Assembly (NCBI GenBank): GCA_964599385.1
Contig: CAZREL010000004.1
Location: forward strand, 1-35,904
DNA: 35,904 nucleotides
Direction: 5' to 3'
Source: an uncultured Gammaproteobacteria bacterium
Lineage (GTDB): Bacteria > Patescibacteriota > Patescibacteriia > Patescibacteriales > UBA12465
Shown: piece after piece, positions 1 to 8,928 of the stretch
How the letters are laid out: each line of letters begins with the position of its first letter
How positions within the stretch are numbered: position 1 is the stretch's first letter
Position numbers and translations under genes: made by a program
The notes under the pieces: model-generated
The model's input: the letters and a program-made list of their open reading frames with translations, nothing else
Told to the model about the DNA's origin: nothing
Databases searched by the model: none

Positions 1-3
1 AGT

Positions 4-588
4 ATGATTTCCTTTTTGCGCGGAAAAATAATTTATAAAGCAGGTACTTATTTTATTTTGGAAACAAATAATATCGGTTATCAGATTTTTGCTTCGGAAA
101 ATTTCTTAAACAGCGTTAAGCAAGGAGAAGAGAAGGAGGTATTCACTCATCACCAAATAAAAGAAGATGCCAGTGACTTATACGGCTTTAACTCGATTGA
201 TGATTTAGAATTATTTGAGATGCTCATTAGTGTTTCCGGCGTTGGTCCGAAATCGGCGCTTGGGGTGATGAATATCGCTTCCGGAGAAGATATTAAAGAT
301 TCAATTATTAGAGGTGATGCTAATTTACTGACAAAGGTTAGCGGTATAGGCAAGAAAACCGCCGAGCGTTTGGTTTTAGAGCTTAAAAATAAAGTCGTTC
401 GCTTGGTTGGCGGCAAGATTTCTCCTTTAAATGTTTCTGTTTCTCTTGGCTCCGATGAAATTGACGCCCTTGTTTCCTTAGGTTATTCGATTGCCGAGGC
501 AAGAGATGCTTTGAACGCCGTTGATCCTGAATTACAAGATAGTAGCTCGAGAGTCAAGGCAGCTTTAAAAAAGATGCGTTTAAAATAA
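4..588 (+). CDS. ruvA: Holliday junction branch migration complex subunit RuvA
   Basis: 194 aa. N-terminal MISFLRGKI...Y.I OB-fold start typical of RuvA. Two helix-hairpin-helix motifs (SVSGVGPKSALGVM and KVSGIGKKTAERLVLELK). Short C-terminal domain III. Confidence 0.9.
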   Translation: MISFLRGKIIYKAGTYFILETNNIGYQIFASENFLNSVKQGEEKEVFTHHQIKEDASDLYGFNSIDDLELFEMLISVSGVGPKSALGVMNIASGEDIKDSIIRGDANLLTKVSGIGKKTAERLVLELKNKVVRLVGGKISPLNVSVSLGSDEIDALVSLGYSIAEARDALNAVDPELQDSSSRVKAALKKMRLK

Positions 589-615
589 TTAGCTTATATT
601 AGATAAATTTACTTG

Positions 616-644
616 AAAAGGACTTTTTAAAGAGGTCTTTTTTT
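616..644 (+). terminator. Weak intrinsic terminator-like hairpin after ruvA
   Basis: AAAAGGAC / GTCTTTTT can pair (8 bp including one G.U) around an 11-nt loop, followed by more T residues. The long loop makes it weak. Confidence 0.35.
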
Positions 645-653
645 GTTTACCCC

Positions 654-682
654 TTTACAAATTTATAAAAATATATTATAAT
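654..682 (+). promoter_or_regulatory. Sigma70-like promoter for the glycosyltransferase gene
   Basis: TTTACA (654-659), 17-nt spacer, TATAAT (677-682), 18 nt upstream of the ATG at 701. Confidence 0.45.
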
Positions 683-700
683 TGCCTGTTAGATAACATT

Positions 701-1807
701 ATGAAAATAGCATTTATTGGACAAAAAGGGATACCGGCTAAAAGCGGCGGAGTCGATCGTCATGTCGAAACTTTAGCATATTTTCTGGCAAAAAACGGCC
801 AGGAGGTTTTTGTTTATAATCGCCGCGGATATCTTGAGAAAGAAATCAAAGAATGGGAAGGCGTTAAACTTATCTCTAAGCCTTTTATTGATAATAAAAA
901 TTTAGCGGCCATTACACACGGTTTTTTATCTGTCTTGGATGCTATGACGCGCAAAGTTGATGTTATCCATTTCCACGGTATTGGTCCGAGCCTTTTAGCT
1001 TGGATTCCAAAAATCTTTAGCCCGAAAATCAAAATTGTTGCCACTTTACACAGTTTTGATTATGGCAATGATAAGTGGGGAACTTTTGCCAAGTTCATGT
1101 TGAAGCTTGGTGAAAAGACAATGTCTAAATATGCCGATGAGGTTATTGTTTTAACTTCCTTGATGCGCGACTATCTTTATCAAAGACATGGTCGCGATAG
1201 CGTTATAATTCCTAATGGCGCTTTCATTAAAGAAAATGTCAGCGAGGATGCTTTGAAAAATTTTGGTTTAGAGAAGGGGAAATATATTGTCAGCGTTTCT
1301 CGTTTAATTCGTCTTAAAGGCATTCAGTATTTAATTGGGTCTTTTAAGGATTTGAAAAAATCCGGGCGCTTGGCTGCTGATTTAAAATTAGCTATTGTTG
1401 GCGATGGCGAATATGAAGATGAATTGAAAAAACTTTCTGCCGATGACAAGGATATAATTTTTACCGGCAACCAAAGCGGCGATATTTTGGCCGAACTTTA
1501 TGCTAATGCCGCTTTATTTGTTCAATCTTCGGAGATGGAAGGCTTGTCGATTTCATTACTGGAAGCGATGGCTTATGGCCTACCGATTTTAGCGAGCGAT
1601 ATCGCCGCCAATCGTGAAGCGGCCGGCGACACAGCTTTTTATTTTCCCGCTAAAGATCAAGATGCTTTATCAATCGCCTTGGAATTAGTTTTTAAGCGCC
1701 GAGAAGAAGCTATTGAGGCCGGAAAAAGAGCTAAAGAAAGAGTTGAGAGCCAATTTAATTGGCGTGATATAAGTTTGAAGACCTTGGAGTTGTACCGTAA
1801 AAAATAA
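701..1807 (+). CDS. Family 4 (GT-B) glycosyltransferase
   Basis: 368 aa. N-terminal GG(V/I)xxH motif (KSGGVDRHVETLA). C-terminal E-x7-E region (SSEMEGLSISLLEAMAYGLPILASD) typical of GT4/Glycos_transf_1. Confidence 0.85.
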   Translation: MKIAFIGQKGIPAKSGGVDRHVETLAYFLAKNGQEVFVYNRRGYLEKEIKEWEGVKLISKPFIDNKNLAAITHGFLSVLDAMTRKVDVIHFHGIGPSLLAWIPKIFSPKIKIVATLHSFDYGNDKWGTFAKFMLKLGEKTMSKYADEVIVLTSLMRDYLYQRHGRDSVIIPNGAFIKENVSEDALKNFGLEKGKYIVSVSRLIRLKGIQYLIGSFKDLKKSGRLAADLKLAIVGDGEYEDELKKLSADDKDIIFTGNQSGDILAELYANAALFVQSSEMEGLSISLLEAMAYGLPILASDIAANREAAGDTAFYFPAKDQDALSIALELVFKRREEAIEAGKRAKERVESQFNWRDISLKTLELYRKK

Positions 1808-1866
1808 AAATATCAGATTTAGATATAGTGAGTTTATAGTATTTTAACAATTTAAACGTTTAACAA

Positions 1867-2817
1867 ATGAGAGCAGCTGTAGTTTTCTTGATTTTTTTGT
1901 TTGCCCTCTCTTCTTGTTTGGAATTTCCGACAGAAGAAGTGGGCTATGTCCCCCTCGTTCTAAAATCTGCCAGTGGTTTCAGCTCGGAAACGGGCGAAAT
2001 CTATGTGCAGCGCTCTATCAGTGTTGGACTCGAAGTGACAACTTCAAGCACTAACACTGATGTTCGGGTTGTTTCGGCAACCTGGAAGATTGACGAATCA
2101 ACTTATAGCGGGACCCAAATATTCCATAAGTTTAATTCGAGTGGTAAAGTAACTTTATCGGTTGAAGCACTGCTGTCATCCGGTGTAACAGTCAAAAAAG
2201 ATTTTATCGTTAACGTGGTTGAAGATTTATCGTCTTTTGACCCAGTGATAATTAAATCTTTGAGCCAAAGTGGCGGTAAGACAGAAATGCTAATTTTAAT
2301 TTCTCGCGAGCGACTTCGCTATGCGACGGACACTGCCTTTTATTATATTGGCAATATGACTGATTGGAAAAACATTCGTGTTTATCCTAAGTCATATATT
2401 GTCAATGATAAAGGCGAAGCAGTCTTGGTCAGTGATGTCGGAAAATATCTCGGTTTTAAATTAATTTTGGCCGACGGGGACTATGAAATGGCCTTTGTTC
2501 ATTCTAACAACATTTGGGCAGATTTGTCCGGATCGGTTTATATTAAAAAAGACAATCCGGGTAAATTAAAATTCGCTGTTAAGGGCCGCGATATTATTGC
2601 GATGGGCGACAACGGTTTAAGCTATTTGCCGGGAACTGTCGGTGATTCTTATTTCCGTTTTACGCAAAATACCGCTAAAGTCGATTTGTATTTTAAGCTT
2701 GATGCTAATTGCAATGCTAATGCTTTTTATACTTATCAACTGGCTAATGGGCAGTTTTCTCAAACCATTTTCAGCAGCTTTTCCGGAGGAATAGAAATTC
2801 AATTTAAAAAAATTTAA
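1867..2817 (+). CDS. Predicted lipoprotein with a PKD-like beta domain, function unknown
   Basis: Signal peptide ending in the lipobox L-S-S-C (FLFALSSC). The segment TWKIDESTYSGTQIFHKFNSSGKVTLSVEAL resembles a PKD-repeat signature. The rest is not recognisable. Confidence 0.55.
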   Translation: MRAAVVFLIFLFALSSCLEFPTEEVGYVPLVLKSASGFSSETGEIYVQRSISVGLEVTTSSTNTDVRVVSATWKIDESTYSGTQIFHKFNSSGKVTLSVEALLSSGVTVKKDFIVNVVEDLSSFDPVIIKSLSQSGGKTEMLILISRERLRYATDTAFYYIGNMTDWKNIRVYPKSYIVNDKGEAVLVSDVGKYLGFKLILADGDYEMAFVHSNNIWADLSGSVYIKKDNPGKLKFAVKGRDIIAMGDNGLSYLPGTVGDSYFRFTQNTAKVDLYFKLDANCNANAFYTYQLANGQFSQTIFSSFSGGIEIQFKKI

Positions 2818-2844
2818 AGGTTAATGTTATAGACCTTAAAAAAC

Positions 2845-2877
2845 AAAAGCCGTTGTTGTTCAAACAGCGGCTTTTTT
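2845..2877. terminator. Bidirectional intrinsic terminator between convergent genes
   Basis: AAAAGCCGTTG ... CAGCGGCTTTTTT: GC-rich stem with one G.U, an A-run on the left and a T-run on the right. It lies between the lipoprotein gene (+) and corA (-). Confidence 0.6.
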
Positions 2878-2900
2878 CTATGTCTTTAATTTAAAATTTT

Positions 2901-3866
2901 TTATATCCAGCGTTTTTTCTTGAAATAGACCACCATGCCGAGTGATCCGATAGCCATTAGCATTAAAATCATCCAGAAGCCGTTCCGGTTTTCAACCAGA
3001 GGCATATTAATTGCGTTCATTCCGAAAATACCGGCCATCAGCGACAGAGGGAAAACAATAACGGAAAAGATCGTCAAAGTTTTCATGATCGAATTCATTT
3101 GATTGTTGGTCAAAGATTCATTCGTATCATTTAAAATTTCCACCATTTCTTTTTGATTATCGAGGGTCTCCCAAAGTCTTTTTGAATCTTCAACAAGCCT
3201 GGCATACATTTTTTTTATTTCTACTCTATCTACCAGGCTACTGTGCATGTCACTTAATTCTTTAAGAATATTTTTGTGATTCTGCATTATCTTTCTGATG
3301 TTGATGATATTGCGGCGTAATAACAGGATTTTTTCTACGGCGTCTTTTTGGTGCTGGGAAAATATCAATTCCTCGACATTTTTTATTTGAATGCTGTTTT
3401 CGTCCAAAAGATTATAGCACTCGTCAATTAGCCGACCCAGAATTTCGCTAAGAAGTATGGCCGATGATTCAACCGAGTAGGACATCAAAGAATTCGGATC
3501 CTTTTTGCTGATGTCGAAAAACTTATTTAAAGCCGGGAGATTGTTATTGTGAGCGGAAACCAAAAAACCGTGTCCGATGAAAAAATCAACTTCGCCGGCG
3601 ATGACGCGCCCGTCTTTTAAAGCCGGGAAATGAAGGATTAAAAAAAGGTATTTCGGCCCTTTGAAAATTAAAGGTCTTTGCGACAAAACAGAGGCCGCAA
3701 CGGAGCGTAAGTGGGATAGGTCAAAACTATAATTTTTTCTTAAATAGTTTATTTCGGCTTTTCCGGCATTAATGATATTTACCCAAAAAAGACCGAGGGT
3801 TACGTTTCTGGGATTGTCTATTTTTAAGACTTCGATTCTTTCAGAAATCCTTTTATAATTTGACAT
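2901..3866 (-). CDS. corA: CorA-family magnesium/cobalt transporter
   Basis: 321 aa. Two C-terminal TM helices flank the signature GMN motif (AGIFGMNAINMP). A basic tail (KKKRWI) follows. Confidence 0.85.
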   Translation of the reverse strand: MSNYKRISERIEVLKIDNPRNVTLGLFWVNIINAGKAEINYLRKNYSFDLSHLRSVAASVLSQRPLIFKGPKYLFLILHFPALKDGRVIAGEVDFFIGHGFLVSAHNNNLPALNKFFDISKKDPNSLMSYSVESSAILLSEILGRLIDECYNLLDENSIQIKNVEELIFSQHQKDAVEKILLLRRNIINIRKIMQNHKNILKELSDMHSSLVDRVEIKKMYARLVEDSKRLWETLDNQKEMVEILNDTNESLTNNQMNSIMKTLTIFSVIVFPLSLMAGIFGMNAINMPLVENRNGFWMILMLMAIGSLGMVVYFKKKRWI

Positions 3867-3875
3867 AAAATCGCT

Positions 3876-3903
3876 TTGACTAAGGGTTTTTTTATGGTAA
3901 AAT
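3876..3903 (+). promoter_or_regulatory. Sigma70-like promoter for the GT26-Nudix/gltX operon
   Basis: TTGACT (3876-3881), 16-nt spacer, TAAAAT (3898-3903), 22 nt upstream of the ATG at 3926. Confidence 0.4.
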
Positions 3904-3925
3904 AAATACGCTTAAATTATAGCAT

Positions 3926-5122
3926 ATGGCTCTTATTCTGGGAATAAAATTAAGCGATTTGACGCCGTCTGAAATCATGAACAAGGTTGATGGTTTTTTA
4001 AAATCTAACCAAGCTCATTATATCGTAACGCCGAATCCGGAAATTATATTAGCCTCGCACAAAGACGAGGAGCTTTTTTATATTTTGAACCAAGCTGATA
4101 TTGCCATTGCCGATGGTTTCGGCCTGGTTATCGCCGGGCTGATTCAAAAAATGAAAATATTCCGCTTAACCGGAGCAGATTTAACATTGAAATTACTTGA
4201 AAAGGCGGAAACGGAGAAAAAGAAAGTTGTTATAGTTAATTGGCGCGGCGGACTTTCAAAAAAGAAGCATATTAAAATCGCTTTGCAAAAGAAATTTCCA
4301 TCCCTAAATTATCTAATAATTGATGCCAGCCGAAAGCATGGTTTAGCAAAAGAGGAATTGGAAAAAATTATAAATTTTTATCCCGATATTCTTTTTAACA
4401 CTTTTGGTTCGCCTTATCAGGAAAAATTTATTTTTCATATCCGAGAAAAATTGCCGTCATTGCGTTTGGCAATTGCCGTTGGCGGTTCTTTTGATTTTAT
4501 TAGCGGCAAAGTGGCGCGAGCGCCGAAATTTATGCGCAATATCGGCTTGGAGTGGTTTTGGCGCCTGCTTATCAAACCAAAGAGATGGCGTCGAATTTAT
4601 AATGCTACTATTGTCTTTATTTACAAAATTATAAAAGCACAGGTTAAACATTTGCGTTATCGCCCCAATGTGGCTTGTCTGCTTTATAAGAATACGCCAG
4701 ATGGTCGAAAAATATTATTGGTTGAGAGAGAAGATCAGGCTGGCCACTGGCAGATTCCGCAGGGCGGTACGGATGGAGAAAGCTTGGAGGTGGCCGGCGC
4801 AAGAGAGATGAGGGAGGAACTAAACACTGACAAATTTATTATTAAAAAATCATTTAAAAGTCTTTATAGCTACTCTTTTCCGCCGGTCAGTGTTCAGGGT
4901 GAAAGGACTCGTTTCAGTTATAAATTTGAATATAAAGGGCAAAAGCAAGGGCTGCTCGTTTCCGAATTCGTTGGTGAAGATAGCGATATTAAAGTGAATT
5001 ATTGGGAACATCGCGGCTTTAAGTGGGTTGATGAAAATGATTTTGTTATCAGCGTTCATCCAGTTAGGCAGAGTGCCGCTAAAATATTTTTGGCAAAATT
5101 TAAAACGATAGAAAATTTATAG
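3926..5122 (+). CDS. Fusion protein: WecG/TagA/CpsF-family (GT26) glycosyltransferase plus RppH-like Nudix hydrolase domain
   Basis: Residues 1-245 show GT26 hallmarks (TPNPEI, ADGFGLV, FGSPYQEKFI, GVGGSFDF, RAP.WM...GLEW.WRL). Residues ~250-398 contain HWQIPQGGTDGESLEVAGAREMREEL, a near-canonical Nudix box with the RppH-type WQ.PQGG lead-in. Confidence 0.8.
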   Translation: MALILGIKLSDLTPSEIMNKVDGFLKSNQAHYIVTPNPEIILASHKDEELFYILNQADIAIADGFGLVIAGLIQKMKIFRLTGADLTLKLLEKAETEKKKVVIVNWRGGLSKKKHIKIALQKKFPSLNYLIIDASRKHGLAKEELEKIINFYPDILFNTFGSPYQEKFIFHIREKLPSLRLAIAVGGSFDFISGKVARAPKFMRNIGLEWFWRLLIKPKRWRRIYNATIVFIYKIIKAQVKHLRYRPNVACLLYKNTPDGRKILLVEREDQAGHWQIPQGGTDGESLEVAGAREMREELNTDKFIIKKSFKSLYSYSFPPVSVQGERTRFSYKFEYKGQKQGLLVSEFVGEDSDIKVNYWEHRGFKWVDENDFVISVHPVRQSAAKIFLAKFKTIENL

Positions 5123-5133
5123 ATAAGAAAGAT

Positions 5134-6594
5134 ATGGAAAAAAATAAAAACAATAATGAAATAAGATTGCGTTTCGCCCCATCTCCAACGGGATTTCTGC
5201 ATATCGGCAATTTACGTACCGCTTTCTTCGGTTACTTATTGGCTAAGAGCCGGGGCGGTAAGTTTATTTTGCGAATCGAAGATACTGATAATAAAAGAGA
5301 AGTTGAGGGGGCGGTAGAAAGCTTGCTTGATGTTTTACATTGGATAGGCATTGAGCTCGATGAAGGCCCTGGAAATATCGGCGGTAATTACGGTCCATAT
5401 ATTCAGAGTCAAAGACTGGGTATTTACAAAGAACAGATAGATAAGCTTTTGTCTGCCGATAAGGCCTATCCTTGTTTTTGCAGTGAAGAACGCTTAACAA
5501 AGATGCGTGAAGATCAGATAGCGGCAAAAAAAGCCCCCGGTTATGATCGTTGTTGCCGTTCTTTGAGCAAAGAGGATGTTGCCGCTAAGATTGCTGCTGG
5601 TGAAAAATATGTTATCAGGCAAAAAATGCCGCTTGAAGGTGAAGTTAAAGTTTATGACGAATTGCGCGGTGAAATAATTTTTAAAGCTTCAGAACTTGAT
5701 GATCATGTTTTAATTAAATCAAATGGCGTGCCGACTTATCAATTCGCCAGCGTAGTCGATGACCATTTAATGGAAATCTCCCATGTTACCAGGGGCGACG
5801 AATGGCTCGGATCTTTCCCGAAAAATATTTTGTTATATGAAGCCTTCGGCTGGCAAGCTCCAAAGTTTATTCATTTACCGCTCTTGTTAAATAAGACCGG
5901 CGGAAAATTAAGCAAGCGCCAAGGTGATGTTTTTGTTGAAGAGTATAGGAATAAGGGGTACCTAAAAGAAGCGATTATTAATTTTTGCGCTCTTTTAGGT
6001 TGGCACCCGAAAGGCGATCAAGAAATTTTATCGCTTGAGGAACTAAAAAATATTTTTAATGTCGATGGCCTCGGTGCTTCACCGGCCGTGTTTGATATTG
6101 AAAAGCTCGATTATTATAATGCTTATTATTTAAGGCAAAAAGAAGCTGCTGAATTGATTCCAATGATAAAGCCTTATCTAATCGAGGCGGGACTTGATGT
6201 TAACGATTTGAGACTGGAAAAATTTATTTTACTTACGAAAGATAGATTAAAAAAATTAAGTGATGTCCCGGAAGCTATTTCTTTTTTCTATAATTTGCCG
6301 GAATACGAAGAATCTCTTTTGGCCTGGAAGGGAATGGAGATTTCCGAGGCTAAAGAAAATCTAAAAGAAGTATTGTCGAAATTGGAAAGTTTTTCCGATG
6401 GCAATTGGAGCAAAGAGCGGCTTGAGACTGAGATGCTTGCTTGGGTTAAAGAGGAAAAAGAAGGAAAAAATGGCAACTATCTTTGGCCAATGCGCGTTGC
6501 TTTAAGTGGCTTAAAAAACAGCCCCAGTCCTTTTGAAATTGCCTGGGCTCTTGGCAAGGAGGAAACTTTAGCAAGAATAAAAAAAGCTTTATGA
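5134..6594 (+). CDS. gltX: Glutamate--tRNA ligase
   Basis: 486 aa. Class I HIGH motif (PSPTGFLHIGNLRTA), KMSKS-equivalent (KLSKRQG), Cys cluster (CFC...CC) and typical GltX core (YQFASVVDD). Confidence 0.95.
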   Translation: MEKNKNNNEIRLRFAPSPTGFLHIGNLRTAFFGYLLAKSRGGKFILRIEDTDNKREVEGAVESLLDVLHWIGIELDEGPGNIGGNYGPYIQSQRLGIYKEQIDKLLSADKAYPCFCSEERLTKMREDQIAAKKAPGYDRCCRSLSKEDVAAKIAAGEKYVIRQKMPLEGEVKVYDELRGEIIFKASELDDHVLIKSNGVPTYQFASVVDDHLMEISHVTRGDEWLGSFPKNILLYEAFGWQAPKFIHLPLLLNKTGGKLSKRQGDVFVEEYRNKGYLKEAIINFCALLGWHPKGDQEILSLEELKNIFNVDGLGASPAVFDIEKLDYYNAYYLRQKEAAELIPMIKPYLIEAGLDVNDLRLEKFILLTKDRLKKLSDVPEAISFFYNLPEYEESLLAWKGMEISEAKENLKEVLSKLESFSDGNWSKERLETEMLAWVKEEKEGKNGNYLWPMRVALSGLKNSPSPFEIAWALGKEETLARIKKAL

Positions 6595-7580
6595 AAATAC
6601 ATTGCAAAAAAATACAAATCCCGGTTATTGTCATAGTTCTATTGTCTTTTTTGTCGGCCGCATTTTTGTCTTGCGGGATATATTTTTATGTAAACAAAAA
6701 AACTCCATATCCATCGGATATGAAAAGTTCCGATAGCCGGTATGCTTATATAAATCCTTTGCTTGATTGCGCCGATGTTAAAATTGATTCTTTCAGTTAT
6801 GGAAATCTGTCCGATAAAATAGAATCTTTGGTTGAGAAAAATAAAAAATCGGGACAAATCAAGGAAGCTTCGATTTATTTTCGCGATTTAAGCAATGGTC
6901 CATGGTTTGGTTATGCCGAAGAGACGCAATTTTCACCGGCCAGCTTAATGAAAGTTCCTTTGCTGATTGCTTATTTGAAGATGTCTGAAAGAGACGGCGA
7001 TATTTTAAATAAAAGGATTAATTCCGGAGAGCTTGTGGCGCTTACTTCACAAAATATTGTCCCGGAAAAAAGCGTTCAACCAAATACCGAATATACCGTT
7101 TTTGAACTTTTGAATTTGATGATTCGATATTCGGACAACGCCGCTACGGAGGTGTTGATAGAAAATATCGATGCTAATGTACTTGATAATATTTATAGAG
7201 ATTTAAGTTTAAAGATGCCGACTTGGGGAAACGCGGAGAATTATATGACGGTTTTGGATTATTCTTCTTTTTTCCGTATTCTATATAATGCCTCTTATCT
7301 TAATAGGGAAAACTCGGAGCTTGCCTTGGAAATCCTTTCTGAATCGGTATTTACCGATGGTTTGGTGGCTGGCTTGCCGGTTAAGACACCGATTGCTCAT
7401 AAATTCGGGGAACGAGTTCTTAATGATTCAAAGCAATTACATGATTGCGGCATCATTTATAGTGAAAAAGGCGATTATTTGCTCTGCGTTATGACCAGGG
7501 GCGATGATTTTAATAAAATGAAGATATTTTTAAAAGAGATTTCGGAAATGGTGTATAATAATTTCTATGAAGAAAAATAG
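6591..7580 (+). CDS. Membrane-anchored serine hydrolase with class A beta-lactamase/PBP fold
   Basis: N-terminal TM helix. S-x-x-K (ASLMK), SDN loop (YSDNAAT) and a KTG-like triad (HKFGE) appear in the right order and spacing. The start overlaps the gltX stop (ATGA). Confidence 0.7.
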   Translation: MKIHCKKIQIPVIVIVLLSFLSAAFLSCGIYFYVNKKTPYPSDMKSSDSRYAYINPLLDCADVKIDSFSYGNLSDKIESLVEKNKKSGQIKEASIYFRDLSNGPWFGYAEETQFSPASLMKVPLLIAYLKMSERDGDILNKRINSGELVALTSQNIVPEKSVQPNTEYTVFELLNLMIRYSDNAATEVLIENIDANVLDNIYRDLSLKMPTWGNAENYMTVLDYSSFFRILYNASYLNRENSELALEILSESVFTDGLVAGLPVKTPIAHKFGERVLNDSKQLHDCGIIYSEKGDYLLCVMTRGDDFNKMKIFLKEISEMVYNNFYEEK

Positions 7581-7594
7581 ATTGCCAGAAATAT

Positions 7595-7623
7595 TTTACA
7601 AAAAGTTGAAAAAATGTTATAAT
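7595..7623 (+). promoter_or_regulatory. Sigma70-like promoter for the M23 peptidase gene
   Basis: TTTACA (7595-7600), 17-nt spacer, TATAAT (7618-7623), 18 nt before the ATG at 7642. Confidence 0.5.
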
Positions 7624-7641
7624 ATCTCATATTGATATTTT

Positions 7642-8868
7642 ATGAGAAAAATTAAGAAAAAATTCCTATTTGCTTTAATTTCCGTTTTTATTTTGTCTTT
7701 GACTTTCGGCCAAATTTTGTTTGCCGATGATATTGACGATGAAATAGACGATTTAAATTTGCAAATTCAAAATCAAAAGCAGGCGCTTGAAAGCATTAGG
7801 GCTAAACAGCAAGAATACCAGCGCAGCATTGAAGAAAAAATAAAAGATAGAATAAGTTTAAGTAATCAATTGGCAATTCTGGAAAATAGAATGGCTAAAG
7901 CCCAGCTCGATATAGAAACCACTAATATCGAAATAGACAAAACTTCTTTAGAGATAAGAAAGCTTGAGCTTGATAATGAAAATTTGGATAAAAAAATTGA
8001 GGAGAAGAAGAAGCATATTGGTAATTTATTGAGAATCGCTTACAAACAAGATCAGATTTCCACTTTGGAGATGCTCCTTATGAACGATTCTTTATCGGAT
8101 TTTTTAAATGCCAGTCGTTATATTACCGATGCCAATAAAGAGATTGGCGAGAGCGTAATCGATTTGCAGTATGACAAGGAAAAATTAACGGAAAGCCGCT
8201 TAGCCCTTGAAAAAAAGAACTCCGAATTAGCTTCGTTGAAAACAAAATTAGAGAACAATCGCGCTAATTTGGCCTATGAACAGGAAAATAAAGAGTATGT
8301 TTTAGAAGAGACAAAATCATCCGAAAGGCAGTATCAAGCTTTATTGCAGCAAGCTAAACGCGAACAACAGCAAGCCGAGGCAGAAATTGCCAATGCCGAA
8401 CAATTGATTCGCAAGAAAATGTCCGAGAAGGAGAAAAATAAGCTTGATTCGGGCGATAATGTTATTGCCTGGCCTGTGCCAAAAAACGTGATTACCGCCG
8501 GTTTTTACGATTCAAGTTATCCGTATCGCAACATTATTGGTGAACATCCGGCGGTTGATATTAGAGCCAAGCAGGGAACAACTATTACCGCAGCGGCCGA
8601 CGGTTACGTTGCCAAGGTTAAGTTTGATGGGAACAGTAATTATGCCTATATAATGTTAATCCATGGTAACGGACTTTCTACTGTTTACGGCCATGTCTCA
8701 GCGGTTTATGTAACAGCCGATCAATATGTTTCCAAAGGCCAGGCTATAGGTAAGACGGGCGGCACGCCCGGCACGGTTGGCTCCGGACGCTTTTCATCCG
8801 GACCTCATTTGCATTTTGAGGTTCGTTTAAATGGCTTGCCTGTTAATCCGGAAAAGTATTTGCCGTAA
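7642..8868 (+). CDS. Coiled-coil M23-family metallopeptidase (EnvC-like murein hydrolase or activator)
   Basis: Signal/TM segment, ~250 aa of heptad-rich coiled coil, then a LytM/M23 domain with HPAVDI, the YGH segment of VYGHVS, and GPHLHFEV. Confidence 0.85.
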   Translation: MRKIKKKFLFALISVFILSLTFGQILFADDIDDEIDDLNLQIQNQKQALESIRAKQQEYQRSIEEKIKDRISLSNQLAILENRMAKAQLDIETTNIEIDKTSLEIRKLELDNENLDKKIEEKKKHIGNLLRIAYKQDQISTLEMLLMNDSLSDFLNASRYITDANKEIGESVIDLQYDKEKLTESRLALEKKNSELASLKTKLENNRANLAYEQENKEYVLEETKSSERQYQALLQQAKREQQQAEAEIANAEQLIRKKMSEKEKNKLDSGDNVIAWPVPKNVITAGFYDSSYPYRNIIGEHPAVDIRAKQGTTITAAADGYVAKVKFDGNSNYAYIMLIHGNGLSTVYGHVSAVYVTADQYVSKGQAIGKTGGTPGTVGSGRFSSGPHLHFEVRLNGLPVNPEKYLP

Positions 8869-8885
8869 TACAATACAAATAATAT

Positions 8886-8910
8886 AAAACCCGGACTAAT
8901 CCGGGTTTTT
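8886..8910. terminator. Bidirectional intrinsic terminator
   Basis: Perfect 10-bp stem AAAACCCGGA / TCCGGGTTTT with loop CTAA. It is flanked by A- and T-runs and lies between the convergent M23 (+) and xer (-) genes. Confidence 0.7.
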
Positions 8911-8928
8911 GTTTTTCCGCTTATTTTT

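Noticed and set aside
6591-6594. Possible alternative genetic code (UGA recoded), as in some candidate phyla.
   Set aside because: TGA terminates gltX at the expected protein end. All conserved proteins are full length with standard stops, so there is no sign of in-frame TGA read-through.
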